From Heptranchias perlo (taxonomy: Eukaryota), in contig NC_090349.1 of the NCBI RefSeq assembly GCF_035084215.1, forward strand, positions 35,278,001 to 35,342,000: DNA of 64,000 nt, in the 5' to 3' direction. Both the position numbers and the translations under genes were made by a program. Shown here piece by piece: positions 1-13,825 of the stretch. Each line of letters opens with the position of its first letter. The stretch's first letter is position 1. The notes beneath the pieces are model-generated. The model ran no database searches and was not told where the DNA came from. It saw only the letters and a list, made by a program, of their open reading frames with translations.

Positions 1-1487
1 AGTCTGTAAAGATCTTCCCCAGCCATCGAGGAAGGGTATACAACCAATAATGGCAATATTCATGACTTTTCAAACAACTGCGTGTACAATTGCTTGTCTG
101 TTCACAGCCAGTGCTATCGATTCAGTTCCACAATTCAATGCGCAGATTCCATAAACTGGGAGCCCCAGCATTTTAAAGAGGATCCTCTTCATAAAACAAA
201 AACCATGCTGACAGCAGAAATATCAACACAACCAGGATATTGCAAAGCAATTATAAAAAGTGATTCTCAGGCAGGTACAATAATAGAATTTTCCATATGG
301 AAATAAAATTATATGGTTAAAGACAATAAAGTCATAACATAATTGTGATTGTTGCAAACCCAAGTTCACAGGTTACAAAGGTCTGCATTAAGACATTATT
401 TATATTGTGGTTTATAAGGTGGGTTCAACTTGATACTGTAAACAAGTCATTTTAAAAAAGTGCTTATAACAGTTAATTAGAACATATTTCAAAAGGATAG
501 AACTAATGTGGCTACTGGTTACCAATTCAAAAATGGTATCCCGATTAGGACATTGGAACCGAAGGTATCCAAGATTGGACTCATTTGTGAAAGAAGGTGC
601 AGAGCAGAAACCATGATGTTTCCGAACATGGTGGAGGAAGGAAAAACAGGGCATGTGATCCTAGCCCCTCTAACACACCTTTTAACAGCCAGTTCAAGAG
701 TGGCATTGTCAAGAGGTAGGAATAGATTATTGTGAGAGCACCATCACAAAGACTGTAGAAGGACCACCGCCACCTTCTCAGGGAAACAAGGGATGGGTAA
801 TGTATGCAACCTTGCCGGCATAGCCCACATCCCGAGAACATGCATATATTAAAAAGAAATCTGCAGAACTCTTCAAATTCAGTTGCCAGAGAAAGACACT
901 TTACTTTCAGACAAAGTGCTCTAACAAAGAGTCTACTACACCTGAAATATTATCCTGTCTTTTCGCTTTACAAATTCTTTCAGACTTGTGTACTTCCAGT
1001 ACCATCTGTTTTTATTTCAGCTTTTCTCTTTACATTTACTTTCAGACAAGCCTGGAGCTAAACTAGACACCAATTGTGTGCTTGAATTATACTTAGACAG
1101 CCTGTCTCACTCTTTATGCATTCGAAATTAATGAAAGCAGCAGATAACCTGCACATAATGCAATGGACCTATTTTGCTCCACAGACAGACAAAGTAAGTA
1201 TATCACTTCAGTATGATCCAGGTGCATTTTATCTGTAAAGTTGCAGCTCAGCTACATTTCTTTCTATGGTTTTGCCTTCTCCAGACAACTATTTGATTTT
1301 GTACCTGGTCTCAACGGAAAGGTTACAAAACCCAAGGGGATCCTTGGAGGATTCCAGAGGTGATGGTGCAGGATAGGAAGAGAAGCAATAGCATATGGTT
1401 GTTCTGGTTACAATCAGATAGGTAAAGGTGGAACCAAGCAAGGGCAGTCCCAAGGAGCTGGACAGTGGAGGAGAGATGTTGGAGGAT

Positions 1488-1812
1488 GGTGTGATGGCCT
1501 AGTGTTATGGTAGCGGACTAGAAATCCCGAGATCATGAGTTAAAATCTCACTAGGGAAAGTTGTGAAACTAAATTCAGTTAACCTGGTAATTTGTGAGCG
1601 AGCACCAGAAAAAAGCTGCAGATTATTGTAACAAATCAACTGGTTAATTTATGTCTTTGAGAGAAGGAAAGCTGCCATCCCTACCCAGTCTGGCCTAAAT
1701 GCGACTGCAGTCCCTCAATATATGGTTAACTTAGCGCAGTGGTCCCCAGTAACTTCTCAGGGCAACTAGGAATGGGCAATAACTGCAGCCTTGCCAGTAT
1801 CACCTACACTCC
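1488..1812 (+). mobile_element. HE1-type (V-SINE-like) tRNA-derived SINE, diverged
   Basis: tRNA-like head, a central body homologous to 29227-29530, and a 3' tail homologous to the LINE tail at ~32445-32500. Confidence 0.75.
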
Positions 1813-4800
1813 GAAGACAAGAAGGGATAACGCATCACGGTCACAGAGAATGTTGTATGTCACTTTGGTTAGGGTCATTTTGGTGCTGTGGGAGCGGTGG
1901 AAATCTCATTGGAAGGATTCAATCAGTGGTGTAAAAGAGATGGGCACATGCTTGGGAGGTGACAACTATAACACTCAGTGGTTCATCCTGAAAATGGGAG
2001 TGACTCTTGTTGTGAACATCTTACCATTTAACTTCAGAAAATGTACACTAAAATGTAAGTGCCAATATTCTGGAAAGCAACGATTGCTGTAAACCTAGTG
2101 TTTCAGAACAAAACGGACTACTCATTCATTCTTAAACAGCACAGCCTTTAATACTGTGCAAAAAAATGTAACAGATGCCTCCTTTGCCCAAATGCCTACA
2201 TGTTCTGAACAAGAAACGGGTATCTTTCTTGTTCAGAACATGTAGGTATTTGGTACCAAGCCTTCCAACAGACTATATTCAACTTACACCATCAATGACT
2301 CTTGAAATCTATTAATTTCAAGTTCCACACTGCTCGATCTCCACCTCAAAATGATTCCTACATATTCTGTGCAACCTCTCGAGAGGATTCCCTTCTCTTC
2401 ACCTTCAATCCATTTAGCTTTGGCCTCAACAAGATGCCACTGCATTTGGTTATGTCTCACACAGCTCCAAGTCACAAGACTATCACATCCAGTCTCATTT
2501 CTTGAGGGTCCATTAGATTCAGCTCTTCTATCCAGCTTAACATTCAACAGAATTTACTCGTGAGTCCACTACACATTCACAATGGCAGAGTACAGAACCA
2601 CATGTTTACAGAGCAAATGGTTGGCAAAAGTTTCAACTCTGCAGTAAAAACTAATGGGCTGCCAACAAAACAGAACTTAAAAAGATACTTACTGTTCCTT
2701 ATTACACATATGCATATGTTAGAAACAAACTGTTGACAAAAAGTTCAAAGTAGAAGCTTCTTCAACATGGGATCAGAGTCCAATGAATGAATCTTGGCAC
2801 CGAGATACTCTTCCTAGTTTAATGAATCAGTTACTCTCCTACAATAAATGGTCCACTATCGGTGTGTACTGGTATCCATTAGAAAACTAGTGTTAACCTC
2901 AAGTCTTGCAACGATCCACTTGAATTACATCTATTCATTACCTCCATCAAGCTCAACTTTTCTCTCCATAGCTCCAATCAATGGTGCTCCACTAGTGTCA
3001 ACTCTAGATACACTTGTCCCTGCAAATGTATACTTTATTACCTGCACTTGATCAGATATCTTCACAACGTAAACAGTTTGATGAGAAACTGTTCTTCCCA
3101 AGCAGAGGGAAGCGATATAGGGTAAATGATCAAGAATGATGCAACATAAGCTTATAACTTACGCACTCAACAATCACCTCCTCTCCTGGATGGTCTATTC
3201 TCTTAGGACAATTACTGGGGCCTCCTGTGTAGAAAATTTCAGCTTCGGTTGTCTGGCACCAATTTTTAATTAGCCTTGTAAGCAAGCAATGAAAGGAATA
3301 ATCTTAATCCAGAGGGCCTTCAGTATCTCTCATATTAATAAAGAGTTCCATACAAATGCCACCTTTAGCTTTCGCCAGCAATGTTTCAAAATTTCAATGT
3401 CTTTTCTGAACCCAATACATGTTTGGACCTCAACACACATCCCCCTCCATTTTAAGACAAACACTAAATTTCTGGCAACCACTTATTACATCTGTAAATA
3501 GCAGCAGAGACTGCACACTAAGTGCGATAATGGCAGCTGCTGTTGAGATCTAACTAATCCATGATCTGTGGAACTAGTTCCTTGAAATCTAAGACAGTTT
3601 TCTCACATGAAAGCTGTCTCAAACAAAATACATATTTGCCTGTTGTATCAGTTAATACTCACTTATGGGGAAAAATCATGATGTTGGCTGGGGGCTGTAT
3701 GCACTGTACAGCACAGTACCAAACTACAAATCAAGAAAATCCCATGTTCACTTTCTAGTCTGTGCTTAGTTAGCCCCAGTGCCCACAGGAGCTAGGGCCC
3801 CCACTCCTGATTGCTATACAAGGAACTTTTGGAAAGTTCACTTGACATCCGGAAAAGACAGGACCAGACTTGCCATGATGCCCTCCGCAGAATGACATTT
3901 TGGTTAGATACTACAGAGCTCCTGGTGCCTATAGTCGCATCCCTTCACAAATCATTGTTTTAAGAGTGGGGGGGGGAGGGGGAGAAAGTTGAAAGAATTG
4001 ACATTGTTGCACTTGTCTTGCGGCTATATCACCCATGCTTATTCAAAATATGCAATCTCTAAACAAATCCAAGTCTTCTGATCTCATCACAGCACCAATT
4101 ATGGATATGCTCCTTGGGATTTTTTTTTACTAGGCGCTATATAAATGCAAGTTGTTGATTATACTAACCAATTAAGCTGAATGCCAAATATTTCATTTAA
4201 ATAAGGTATTCTGCTCCATCTGGAGTTTTCCACATGGTTTACCTTACAGATGAACCACAAACAATTTTGTGACTTGATACAAAGTTACAATTTCATCTGC
4301 TGGAAAAAAATGTTTATATCGCCAAGAAAGAAAGTTGGCCTCCAGTGTCCCTATTTCAAAATATATATGAGAACACAAGCCAATTCTTTTGGCTGAAGAA
4401 TTGACATGTACACCTGCCATTTCTGCACCATTTTCACATAAAATAAGGACCAAAAAAAACATAAATTAGGTACATAAAAGAACAGAGTGGACAAAATAAA
4501 TTAAACTAAGCAACTAAACAGTTGACAACAAGCATGAACATCACCAGCACAAAATAAACACCAGCGAATTAGACAGTCTTCACACCACTCGTGTGGAGAG
4601 AGCTCACAAGCAATTTTGAAGTTTTGATTTCTTATGTCTATCATTTTGTCAAAAAGCCAGCTTAACAAAATGCAGATTCAAACTGATTATTCAACATGAG
4701 AGACTGAGGTCTTCAACTATAAATTTATAGTCATCTCTCAATTGCAAATTATGCTAATCTACATAAAGCTTTAGCAATCTTTAGGTTAGTCAGAAGAGCT

Positions 4801-5149
4801 TCTAGGTTAACAAGTCGTTGTCCCACCTTGCAGACAGCATCCTGCCTTGACAGAAATTGGTCTTTCTTTTGGTGGGCTCCAATAGATCCACACTTATGTT
4901 ATATATGTATATATCTCCAGTCTCTACAGATTAAAATATGTATATTAGTCTACTTCTGATAATTCAAAATTCTTTTACCCTAAAAAAAAATTTGAATTGA
5001 ACATCTTAGAATTGAGTGGAATATATACAAAAAAATAGAAATGTATAAAGTGCGAAAATATATTTAATGTATTTTTTAAGAAAACTGTGTTTTTTTTAAT
5101 ATATATATATTTTAAGTTGCACTTTCAAAAAAAAAATCCATGTATTGCT

Positions 5150-5720
5150 TTAACCTTAGCCCTGATACAGAGGCGTTTCTCTCTCGCCCTATCCGGATAC
5201 TCACGAGTTGGTGTGCAGGTATTCGAAGGTCAGTTGTGCTCGGTTTAGGCAATTGTAATTGGTACCAGCCATGGCGCCTTCCCTTCTCTCCTAACGCAGC
5301 ACCCGGGCTTCCGAACGCCTCCGCCGCGCTCAAGCTCAGGCTCTCCCTCAGGCTGCGAAACTCGGGCCTCTCTCGCTCTATCTTCGTGTATAAATATCCC
5401 AGCCACATTTATCGTTCATTTATTAACTAACGTGTTGGGGTTAAATCTAACCCGCCGCCTTTCTCTTTTCCTCACCCCTCGGCCCGGCTTCGGTGCCTCA
5501 GTCGACCGACCGGTTGCCGTGCCGTGCCCTACCCTGCCCGGTTACCTCACAGCTTTTCCCTCTAGCTCCCACGACCGCATCACCACGACACTCTTTCAAA
5601 AGTAACTGCAGCCACCGGCCGGACTGCGCAGGCGCGGCGCCTTTCCGCCGCTCCTCCCGAAAACTCGCGCGTGCGCCTCAGCAGCTCCCTCTACCAGAGT
5701 GCCAAGTCTCACTCCGTTTG
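5150..5720 (-). promoter_or_regulatory. CpG-island promoter of MORC2
   Basis: Sharp local CpG/GC enrichment. NRF1-like TGCGCAGGCGCG (~5625-5636) and CGCGCGTGCGC (~5666-5677). Possible upstream non-coding exon donor GAG|gtaacc at ~5541-5546. Confidence 0.75.
5205..5272 (-). CDS. MORC2: MORC family CW-type zinc finger 2, first coding exon (gene continues left of window)
   Basis: Minus strand ATG GCT GGT ACC ... AAC TC|gtgagt translates [22 protein letters not shown](S), matching the vertebrate MORC2 N-terminus ([23 protein letters not shown]). Strong Kozak context (GCCATGG), 68-nt phase-2 exon with canonical donor. Exon 2 (TTHEFLFG) was not found in 1-5200. Confidence 0.93.
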
Positions 5721-5821
5721 GAGAGAAATTCGCTCATTTTGTTTTTTTTTATAAAAAAAAAAGAGACAGAGAACTTGAACGTATTTTAAAATGAACCACA
5801 GGCAGTGCTGCATCATGCATT

Positions 5822-6045
5822 AACTTGGGCTCAGTTAGCTGCACTCTCGCCTCTGAATCAGCAGGTGATGGGTTTAAGCCCCACTTCAAGATTTCCCTAC
5901 ATAATCTAGGCTGGCGCTTCAGTGCAGTATTGAGAAATGCTGCAATGACAAAAGATGCAGTTATTTGGACGAGGGATTTAACTGAACCTATGTCTGCCTA
6001 TCCTGATGGTTCAGGTGGAGGACAATGAAACCATCGCAATGAGGG
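5822..6045 (+). mobile_element. Deu-domain (SacSINE1/AmnSINE-like) SINE fragment
   Basis: tRNA-like head GGCTCAGTTAGCTGCACTCTCGCCTCTGAATCAG...GGGTTTAAGCCCCAC. Related minus-strand copies at ~22420-22860 and ~54050-54465. Confidence 0.65.
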
Positions 6046-6059
6046 ATAGAGATAAGGGG

Positions 6060-6247
6060 TGAGAAATGGGGGAGGTGAGAAATGGGGGAGAAGAGAAAGG
6101 GGGAAGTGAGAAACGGGCGAGAAGAGGCGGGGCGTGCAAAACGGGGGAAGAGGGGCAGGGCGTGCGAAACGGGGGAGAGCGGCGGGGCGTGCGAAATGGG
6201 GAGAGGGGCGGGGTGTGCGAAACGGGGGCGGGGCGTGCGAAACGGGA
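6060..6247. repeat. degenerate G-rich tandem repeat (core GGGCGTGCGAAACGGGGG, ~23-29 bp period)
   Basis: About 5 CpG-containing copies plus simpler GAGAAATGGGGGAG units, visible directly. Confidence 0.8.
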
Positions 6248-6939
6248 ACAGAGTTCGGTGGAGAGATGGTATTGAGCAGGTACCAGTAGAGGGGGAAAGA
6301 TAGATCAAGGAGGGGGATAATGGTAATGTGGCCACAGAGAGAGGTCAGTGGGAGGGTAGACATACACTAAGATCGGGAAAAAAAGAGAGGTTAAGTGACG
6401 GAGAAAAAAGGGTGAGATCATGTCGAGAAATCAGGGATGAAAGGGAGATTGGGGGGCCAGAAATACTGGGGCAACACGGGAGAGAGAGAGGTTATTGGAC
6501 AGTGAAGAAAAAAAATCAGGAAGGAAAGATTGAGGGGATGAAAGGGGTCCCACTGCTCTCTCCCCAATACTCCCACATCCCCAAATCACTACCTCTACTC
6601 TCAGATCTAAACCCACTGCACTTAGCCTTACACCCCAGTACCAATCTCCTAAATTTAACTCACACTCGCTCCCACACACACCTTCCCCCTGCCCCACCCT
6701 TTTCCTCCCACCATCCCTTCCCACCCCAAGCACTGAAATCTTCCCATCTCCACATTCCTCTACTTTTTTCTACTCTCACCCTGAATGCTAACATCTTCCC
6801 AGTCACCACTCCCTCCTGCCCAAGCAATCATAAGTTCCCCATTCCATCTCTCTCTCGTATCTTTTCTGGCTTCCATCCTAAATGCACATATCTTCTTGCC
6901 ACACCACAGGCCCTTATCATTCCCCTTCTCTGCGCCCAT

Positions 6940-8953
6940 TCATAGAATCATAGTAAGGTTACAGCATGGAAGGAGGCCATTTGGCCCATCGAGTCCGCGC
7001 CGGCTCCATGCAAGATCAATCCAGCTGGTCCCACTCCCCCGCCCTATCTCCGTAGCCCTGCACATTTTTTACTTTCAAGTACTTATCCAGTTCCCTTTTG
7101 AAGGCCATGATTGAATCTGCCTCCACCACCCCCTCAGGCAGTGCATTCCAGATCCTAACCACTCGCTGCGTAAAAAAAACTTTGGTTCTTTTGCCAATCA
7201 CCTTAAATCTATGCCATCTGGTTCTTGACCCTTCCGCCAATGGGAACAGTTTCTATCCTGTCCAGATCCTTCATGATTTTGAATACCTCTATCAAATCTC
7301 GCAACCTTCTCTGATCCAAGGAGAACAACCCCAGCTTCTCCAGTCTATCCACGTCATTAAAGTCCCTCATCCCTGGAATCGTTCCAGTAAATCTCTTCTG
7401 CACCCTCTCTAAGGCCTTCACATTTTTCCTAAAGTGTGATGCCCAGAACTGGACACAATATTCCAGTTGTGGCCGAACCAGTGTTTTATAAAGGTTCATC
7501 ATGACTTCCTTACTTTTGTACTCTATGCCTCTATTTATAAAGCCCAGGATCCTGTATACTTTTTTAACCGCTTTCTCAACCTGCCCTGCCACCTTCAAGG
7601 ATTTGTGCACATATACCCCTTTTAGAGTTTATATTGCCCTCTATTTATATTGCCTCTCCTCATTCTTCCTACCGAAATGTATCACTTTGCATTTTTCTGC
7701 GTTAAATTTCATCTGTCCCATGCCACCAGCCTATCTATATCCTCTTGAAGTCTATCACTATCCTCCTCACTGTTCGCTATCCTTCCAAGTTTTACGTCAT
7801 CTGCAAATTTTGAAACTGTGCTCTATACTCTCAAGTCCAAGTCATTAATATATATCGAGCAAAGCAGCGGTCCCAGCACCGACCCCTGGGGAACACCACT
7901 GTATGCCTCCCTCCAGTCTGCAAAACAACCGTTCACCACTACTCTCTGTTTCCTGTCACTTAGCCAATTCTGTATCCATGTTGCTACTGCCCCCTTTTTT
8001 CTGCGGGCCACAATTTTGATGACAAGTCTACCATGCGGTACTTTATCAAACGCCTTTTGAAAGTCCACATACACCACATCAACTGCATTGCCCTCATCTA
8101 CCCTCTGTTACCTCATCAAAAAACTCTATCAAGTTAGTTAAACACGATTTGCCTTTAACAAATCCGTGCTGGCTTTCCCTAATCAATCCAAACGCGTCCA
8201 AGTGACTTAATTCTGTCCCGGATTATCGGTTCCCCACCACTGAGGTTAAACTGACTGGCCTTTGGTTCCTGGGTTTATCCTTACACCCTTTTTTGATCAA
8301 GGGTGTAACATTTGCAATTCTCCAGTCCTCTGGCACCATGCCTGTGTCTAAGGATGTTTAGAAGATTATGGCCAGTACCTCCACAATTTCCACCCTTACT
8401 TCCCTCAGCAACCTAGGATGCATCCCATCTGGACTGGGTGACTTATCTACTTTAAGTACAGCCAGCCTTTCTAGTACCTCTTCTTTATCAATTTTTAGCC
8501 CATCCAGTATCTCAACTGTATCTTCCTTTACTGAGACTCTAGCAGCATCTTCTTCCTTGGTAAAGACAGATGCAAAGTACTCATTTAGTACCTTGGCTAT
8601 GACCTCTGCCTCCATGAGTAGGTCTCCTTTATGGTCCCACCCCTCCTCTTACTACACGTTTACTGTTTACATGCCTGTAGAAGACTTTTGGATTCCCTTT
8701 TATGTTGGCCGCCAGTCTATTCTCATACTCTCTCTTTGCTCCTCTTATTTCCTATTTCACTTCCCCTCTGAACTTTCTATATTCTGCCTGGTTCTCACTT
8801 GTGTTATCAACCTGACATCTGTCATACGCCTCTTTTTTCCACTTCATCTTACTCTCTATCTCTTTTGTCATCCAGGGAGCTCTGGCTTTACTTGCACTCC
8901 CTTTCTCCCTCACGGGAATGTACATAGATTGTACCTGAACCATCTCTTTAAAG
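6940..8953 (-). mobile_element. CR1-clade LINE, 5'-truncated, degenerate RT
   Basis: Fragments [27 protein letters not shown] and LYKTLVRPQLEYCVQFW, with a (CTATGATT)-type 3' tail at 6940. Confidence 0.92.
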
Positions 8954-11900
8954 GTCTCCCCACCACTGTACTATCAGGCAACTGCAATGAAAGGAAAACT
9001 GCAGACTTTTCCCGTCTTCGGGCTGGGGATATGATCTGGATGCAGGATGATCAATTTTCTGCAGATGGAACTATAATGGATCTGTGGTCAGGTTGTTTGG
9101 AGGTGGAAGCGGAAGTAAATAATCATTGGGTTGCTTTGGAGATAAAAATGTAAGTTTAATTTTTTTGTGCAAACAGTGGGGACCTATGAGTGTGGATGCC
9201 AATATTAATATATTTCTCAATTTAAGATGACGCCAAGCAAATAGTTACACGAAATTCAAGCAGGACAAAATAAACTCTCCAGAAAGGTGCAGAGAACTGG
9301 GCAATAAAGTACTTTTTAAGGCCAAGACAAGTTTTTAACGGAGAGTTAAATGTCTAGCGACTCTAATCATTACGGGGACCCGAGCTCAAGAGGACTTCAA
9401 TCCACAGATTTGCAGAACTCTAGTTAAAGAACATTTTAACGGATTTTTGACGCAGTCACGGAGGTACTATCTTGCTGCTATTTATTTATTTATGGCAGCA
9501 GGGACCCCAGGGCCCATGAGCACTTCCAAAAGAAATGTATACTGTACAGAGGTACAGGCCAGAAGGCAAACTATTTTTTTTTAAACTGAAAGAAACACAT
9601 TTAAACTGAGTATAGAAAATACATGTAAGCTGAAATTGTTTGCAGGGGATGCCTGAGTTCTGGAGGGCAGAATCAGGAATCAGCCTCGAGGGGAGTGTTA
9701 CAGCGCTACCAATGGAGAAAATACATATTGCCAGCATTATCTGTTACTAAGTTACTGCAAGCGCCCTCTTGATAACCTCGTCACACACAGTTTGGGAACC
9801 TCAGACTTACAGGAAATGCATTTTGATCCAGTGAGCCTTTCAGTATAATTTAAATACTGGTTTCAATATTTCCTAATTATCTATCTATTTGGCTAATTTG
9901 ACTTACCAATATATTCAATTTACAGTAGAAAAAATTAGGCATCTTTTTTCCAAAATAGCATCTAATCATAGAATAATGACCAAATTCTGGAACTAGATTC
10001 TGGAACATCTATGAGGAACAAATTCAGAAATCCAATTACCTAACTAATGCCGAAAGCGAGAGCACTATCAGAGGGAACTCTAGTGTAAACAACTTGGTGT
10101 CATTGCTATTGGAGACATCTGAAGCTCACTTAGGAAGTAATTTCCCTAGATTGTTCCCAATGGCAAAGATAATTGTCTGCCATCAGCCACACTGTGTTAT
10201 CTTGATTGTGGTTGCTGACAAGTGGAACTCTTTAGGAAGGTCCTAGTTAGAATGACAGTTGTACACTGGAGATTGCAGTGATTGTACATGCAATACAGTG
10301 ACAACTGGTGCAGTGGAAGCAGTTCTGTAATATAAAGAGGGCGTACATCTCCAAACCAGGGATAATCAAACATGAACATTTGCCGATGCTTAATGGACAT
10401 TACCAGACAATTCCATGCAACACACATTTTAAGAAATCCCTTTTGATCTTTGTTTGTAATAGAATTCATTCATGAGAACAGGCTGATTGTTTTAATAAAA
10501 CTGGCAATACTTGGCAGGGCAGAGCTTCAAAGAACAAAAACACAGCATTTTCTGAAACATTGATGCCTACTGATATATGTATGTTCCTGTGTCATTAGTG
10601 GCAGTATATATTATTTTTCTGGTAACTAATTAGATCATGTTTAGTTTTTATTTCGTCACCTTATTAAATGTTAATCCTGCCTGTGCAATTGCATTACAAA
10701 GGTTCCTGAGTTAAGCACCAGCCCAGAAAAATTAGTGAATAGACTAATCTCAAGTGGATCAGTCACTCTCAATACTGAGAAACCTATCTACAACCAAGAT
10801 TGGGAGAAAACTCACTGCAATAATTCACAAAGGGGTTTACAGGCTGCCGGGCCTTGAAGTAACACTCAAAGATACCAAGCAAGTGCCTATAATCGATGGG
10901 CCACAGTGGACAGTGTTTTAGGTCCTAACCAATCTGTACTGCCGGAAGGCAGCTGATTCCATCAATATGTCAAAGCCTTATATTGCATTTGGTGAATTCC
11001 AGTTTGCTTAGTATTGATTGTTTCAGTATACAAGCCACTTTATATAACTGGTTCTGTTGATGAGAACAGTCAACACTTATCACACGCCCAAGAAAATTAT
11101 GCTTTTATAGTTAGAAAACCACAAATATTAGATATTTAATCTTGGTTCTACCACAACACTGCAGGACATTTTTCCTTCCAATTTTCTCCTTTAAACATTT
11201 GACTCTTTGCTGGCATACAGTTTCACCAGCTCCCTCCAAGTGACCATTCTTCACGAGTAAGTCTAGACAGTGAATATATTAGAGTATTTTGCCATGGAAG
11301 GGTGAGCCAAATTTAATCATAGCCAACCCTTGACTGAAGTTTTCTAACACAGGAGTCCTGAGGCCAATTGTAGCACTTCTACCACAGTCCTGGCTAAGAT
11401 TAGCTAACTCAGCACAGTTTGGGGATCAAACCCACAGACTGTGTCTTTAATTCTTTTGGTAACTGTGTTCAGCAGTGTAAATTGGTAATGAAAATTAGGC
11501 ACTTTCCTTAAAGGGAGAAGAGGAAGATGCAACCTAAGCCACTTTTGCACAGTGCCTGCTAATTTGTTTAAATGCAGCATTGACAAAAGTCCTAAGAACT
11601 GTTTGTCAGAAGATGGTGCATGTTCCAGTGAAACCATGAAAAAGGAAAGAGGGAGTCTCACTTTAAAAACTAAATGGATTGTCATTCATAGAAAACAAAT
11701 TAAGCACACTCCTCATATGCAACTTGTATTGGTTTACTGTAAAAAAAATTATACTGCTCTGCATTACATTCTGTTGTCTTTAGGGTATGGTATAAGGAGT
11801 TAGAGTCTGAAACTGGGTGTTAGGCACAGCTTAGTTGCTTGCCAATAGAGGCTTTCTTTTTAAGACCAATGAGCGATGAAAAGCCTGCGGAAGCCCAAGC

Positions 11901-13804
11901 TTCCCTCGGTCAGCCCTTTCAGTTTTCAGCAAAGTGACATTAAAATAAAACCAACATTATAGTAATAAAGATCCACCGATCCCAGGAGTAGATATTTTAA
12001 CCTTTTACGACTAAAATAAACAGGATTTTTTTTAAATTTAAAATTAAGTGAATTAATTCTGCTTGCTGTATCCTCCATTCTCTCTCTCCTGTTGCTTCTT
12101 TAAAAAAAAATTGTGCTTACCCATTTTCTTCTGCTGTCCATTTCGGAGGTAAAACTTAATTCTTTTTTGATAATTAGCCTCTGAAAATGTTTTTTTTCAG
12201 CCAGAGATCATTACTCTAAAGATTTATGTTATTTTGATTCAATTTTTAAGTATTTTTGAGGTTTTCATTGGTGTCCCTGTAGTCCAATTATCAATAGCAA
12301 TCTCAAGTCTTAAAAGCCCTGATTTTTAATCTTTCAAAGCTCTGAAATAATATTAGAAGTTCTTCCACTGTTGTTGTCAGAAGGCTTTCAAACATAAATC
12401 CACATCACTCAATCATCTGGAGTATCAGCCTCTAATCTCCCTTCCATCAATAAGATTTACATCAGCTGACCTGCAACCTTAGGAACGACCAGAATGGACA
12501 TTGGGCTTGAATTCTGACCTAGTTTCAATATTATATTCAATTACATCAGAGTCCATGCACTTACACTGGGAATATTAACTAAGAATGGTTTGCAGCATGT
12601 GGAAGAAATAAAAGATTAAGGAGGAGGCAAAAAATGTAAAGAGGATGCTATTAGAGTTTTAATGTGGTAAGACGTAAATCCACACCTACAATTAGATCTT
12701 AGTGGTTGTCTCAAATTTGTTTTAGCAATTCACTCAAATACTGACACCGTGACCTGTACCTGCCAATATATCTGTGCCTCCACCACAAATTTGTTGCAAG
12801 GAGCCAGTATTGCACTACAGTTAAAACACACTTACGAGCCCAACTCCAAATAACCAACATGTCTTGGAACTGATTTGGCACGTGCCTCAATACCCTGAAG
12901 TGTGGTGACATTAAATTAGGCAAGAGGAACTGAAGCAATTTTTTAAAAAAAGAGCTTTGCCATAAAAAGAAATTAGGTATGCCTATGGAGCAACTATGTA
13001 ATATACAGACAGATTGAAGGGCATTTGCACATTTTATAGATCTTTCTCAGTATTATTACTAAACTTTTGTCACAAACATTTAATTTGAGTGTATTACCCT
13101 CCCACTAGGACATGTATCCTCTTTTTAATCCCCTCACATGAAGATTTTTGCAGGCTACTAGGAAATTCTCAAGAGATACCACATGGAGACACTGGAGCTT
13201 CAAACTTCCGCGCACATGGCATGCACAAATTGCAGATAATACTCATTTGGAACTTTCCACAGTATTCGAAACACACATCATCAGGATATTTGACAGTAGA
13301 GTTCTTTTATGGCAATACTTTACCTACATTCAAACACACAGGTCAAGTTAACAAAGTAATAAACTTATGAACAATCACTGCAACGACAGTAAAATTTTAA
13401 ATAAAATGAACAGAAAATAGTAGAACCTCTGAGTTTTCAAAGCAAATTGTAAATAAGTTATTACATTCAAGTTTTACCAAAACCGTTGCTAATTGTTTAA
13501 GACACTTTGGGGGGGTGGGTGGTGGGGGGGGGAGGAATGTATACAATTCAAATGTTCCAGTTACTGTTACAACCAGAGTACAATCATAACAGAACAACCA
13601 AAAAATGTTAAAGGCAAATTCAATTGGTTTCAAAAATAATTGTTTTTAGTAAAAGTGCACAAATTTAATGTGATCTTTCCCTCATTATGATGTTCATTTC
13701 CCTTTGGGAAACTCGCAAGAGATATTAAGAAGCTGGAGATTCTCCCATCTTCTAATACATTCCATAAATTTCTCCTCCCAACAAAGTGAGAGTTTGGTCT
13801 AATA

Positions 13805-13825
13805 TCACATCTCTAGAAGATGGAC
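13805..13825 (-). CDS. TMEM248-like, terminal coding exon (VHLLEM-stop)
   Basis: Strong polypyrimidine acceptor gtgtttctttgtttctgttctag|GTC CAT CTT CTA GAG ATG TGA. Six residues plus stop, like the TMEM248 C-terminal VALAEA. Total CDS 930 nt, 309 aa. Confidence 0.8.
   Translation of the reverse strand, partial: VHLLEM

Noticed and set aside
2284-4462. Exon-like minus-strand segments (2284-2547, 3160-3275, 4244-4305)
   Set aside because: None encode MORC2 exon 2 (TTHEFLFGALAELVDNAR); treated as intron 1 with chance splice-like sites.
6328-6945. 205-aa ORF
   Set aside because: Low-complexity purine-rich then pyrimidine-rich DNA; no recognisable protein or splice support.
8368-9153. 261-aa plus-strand ORF
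   Set aside because: Antisense shadow of the CR1 element running into flanking DNA.
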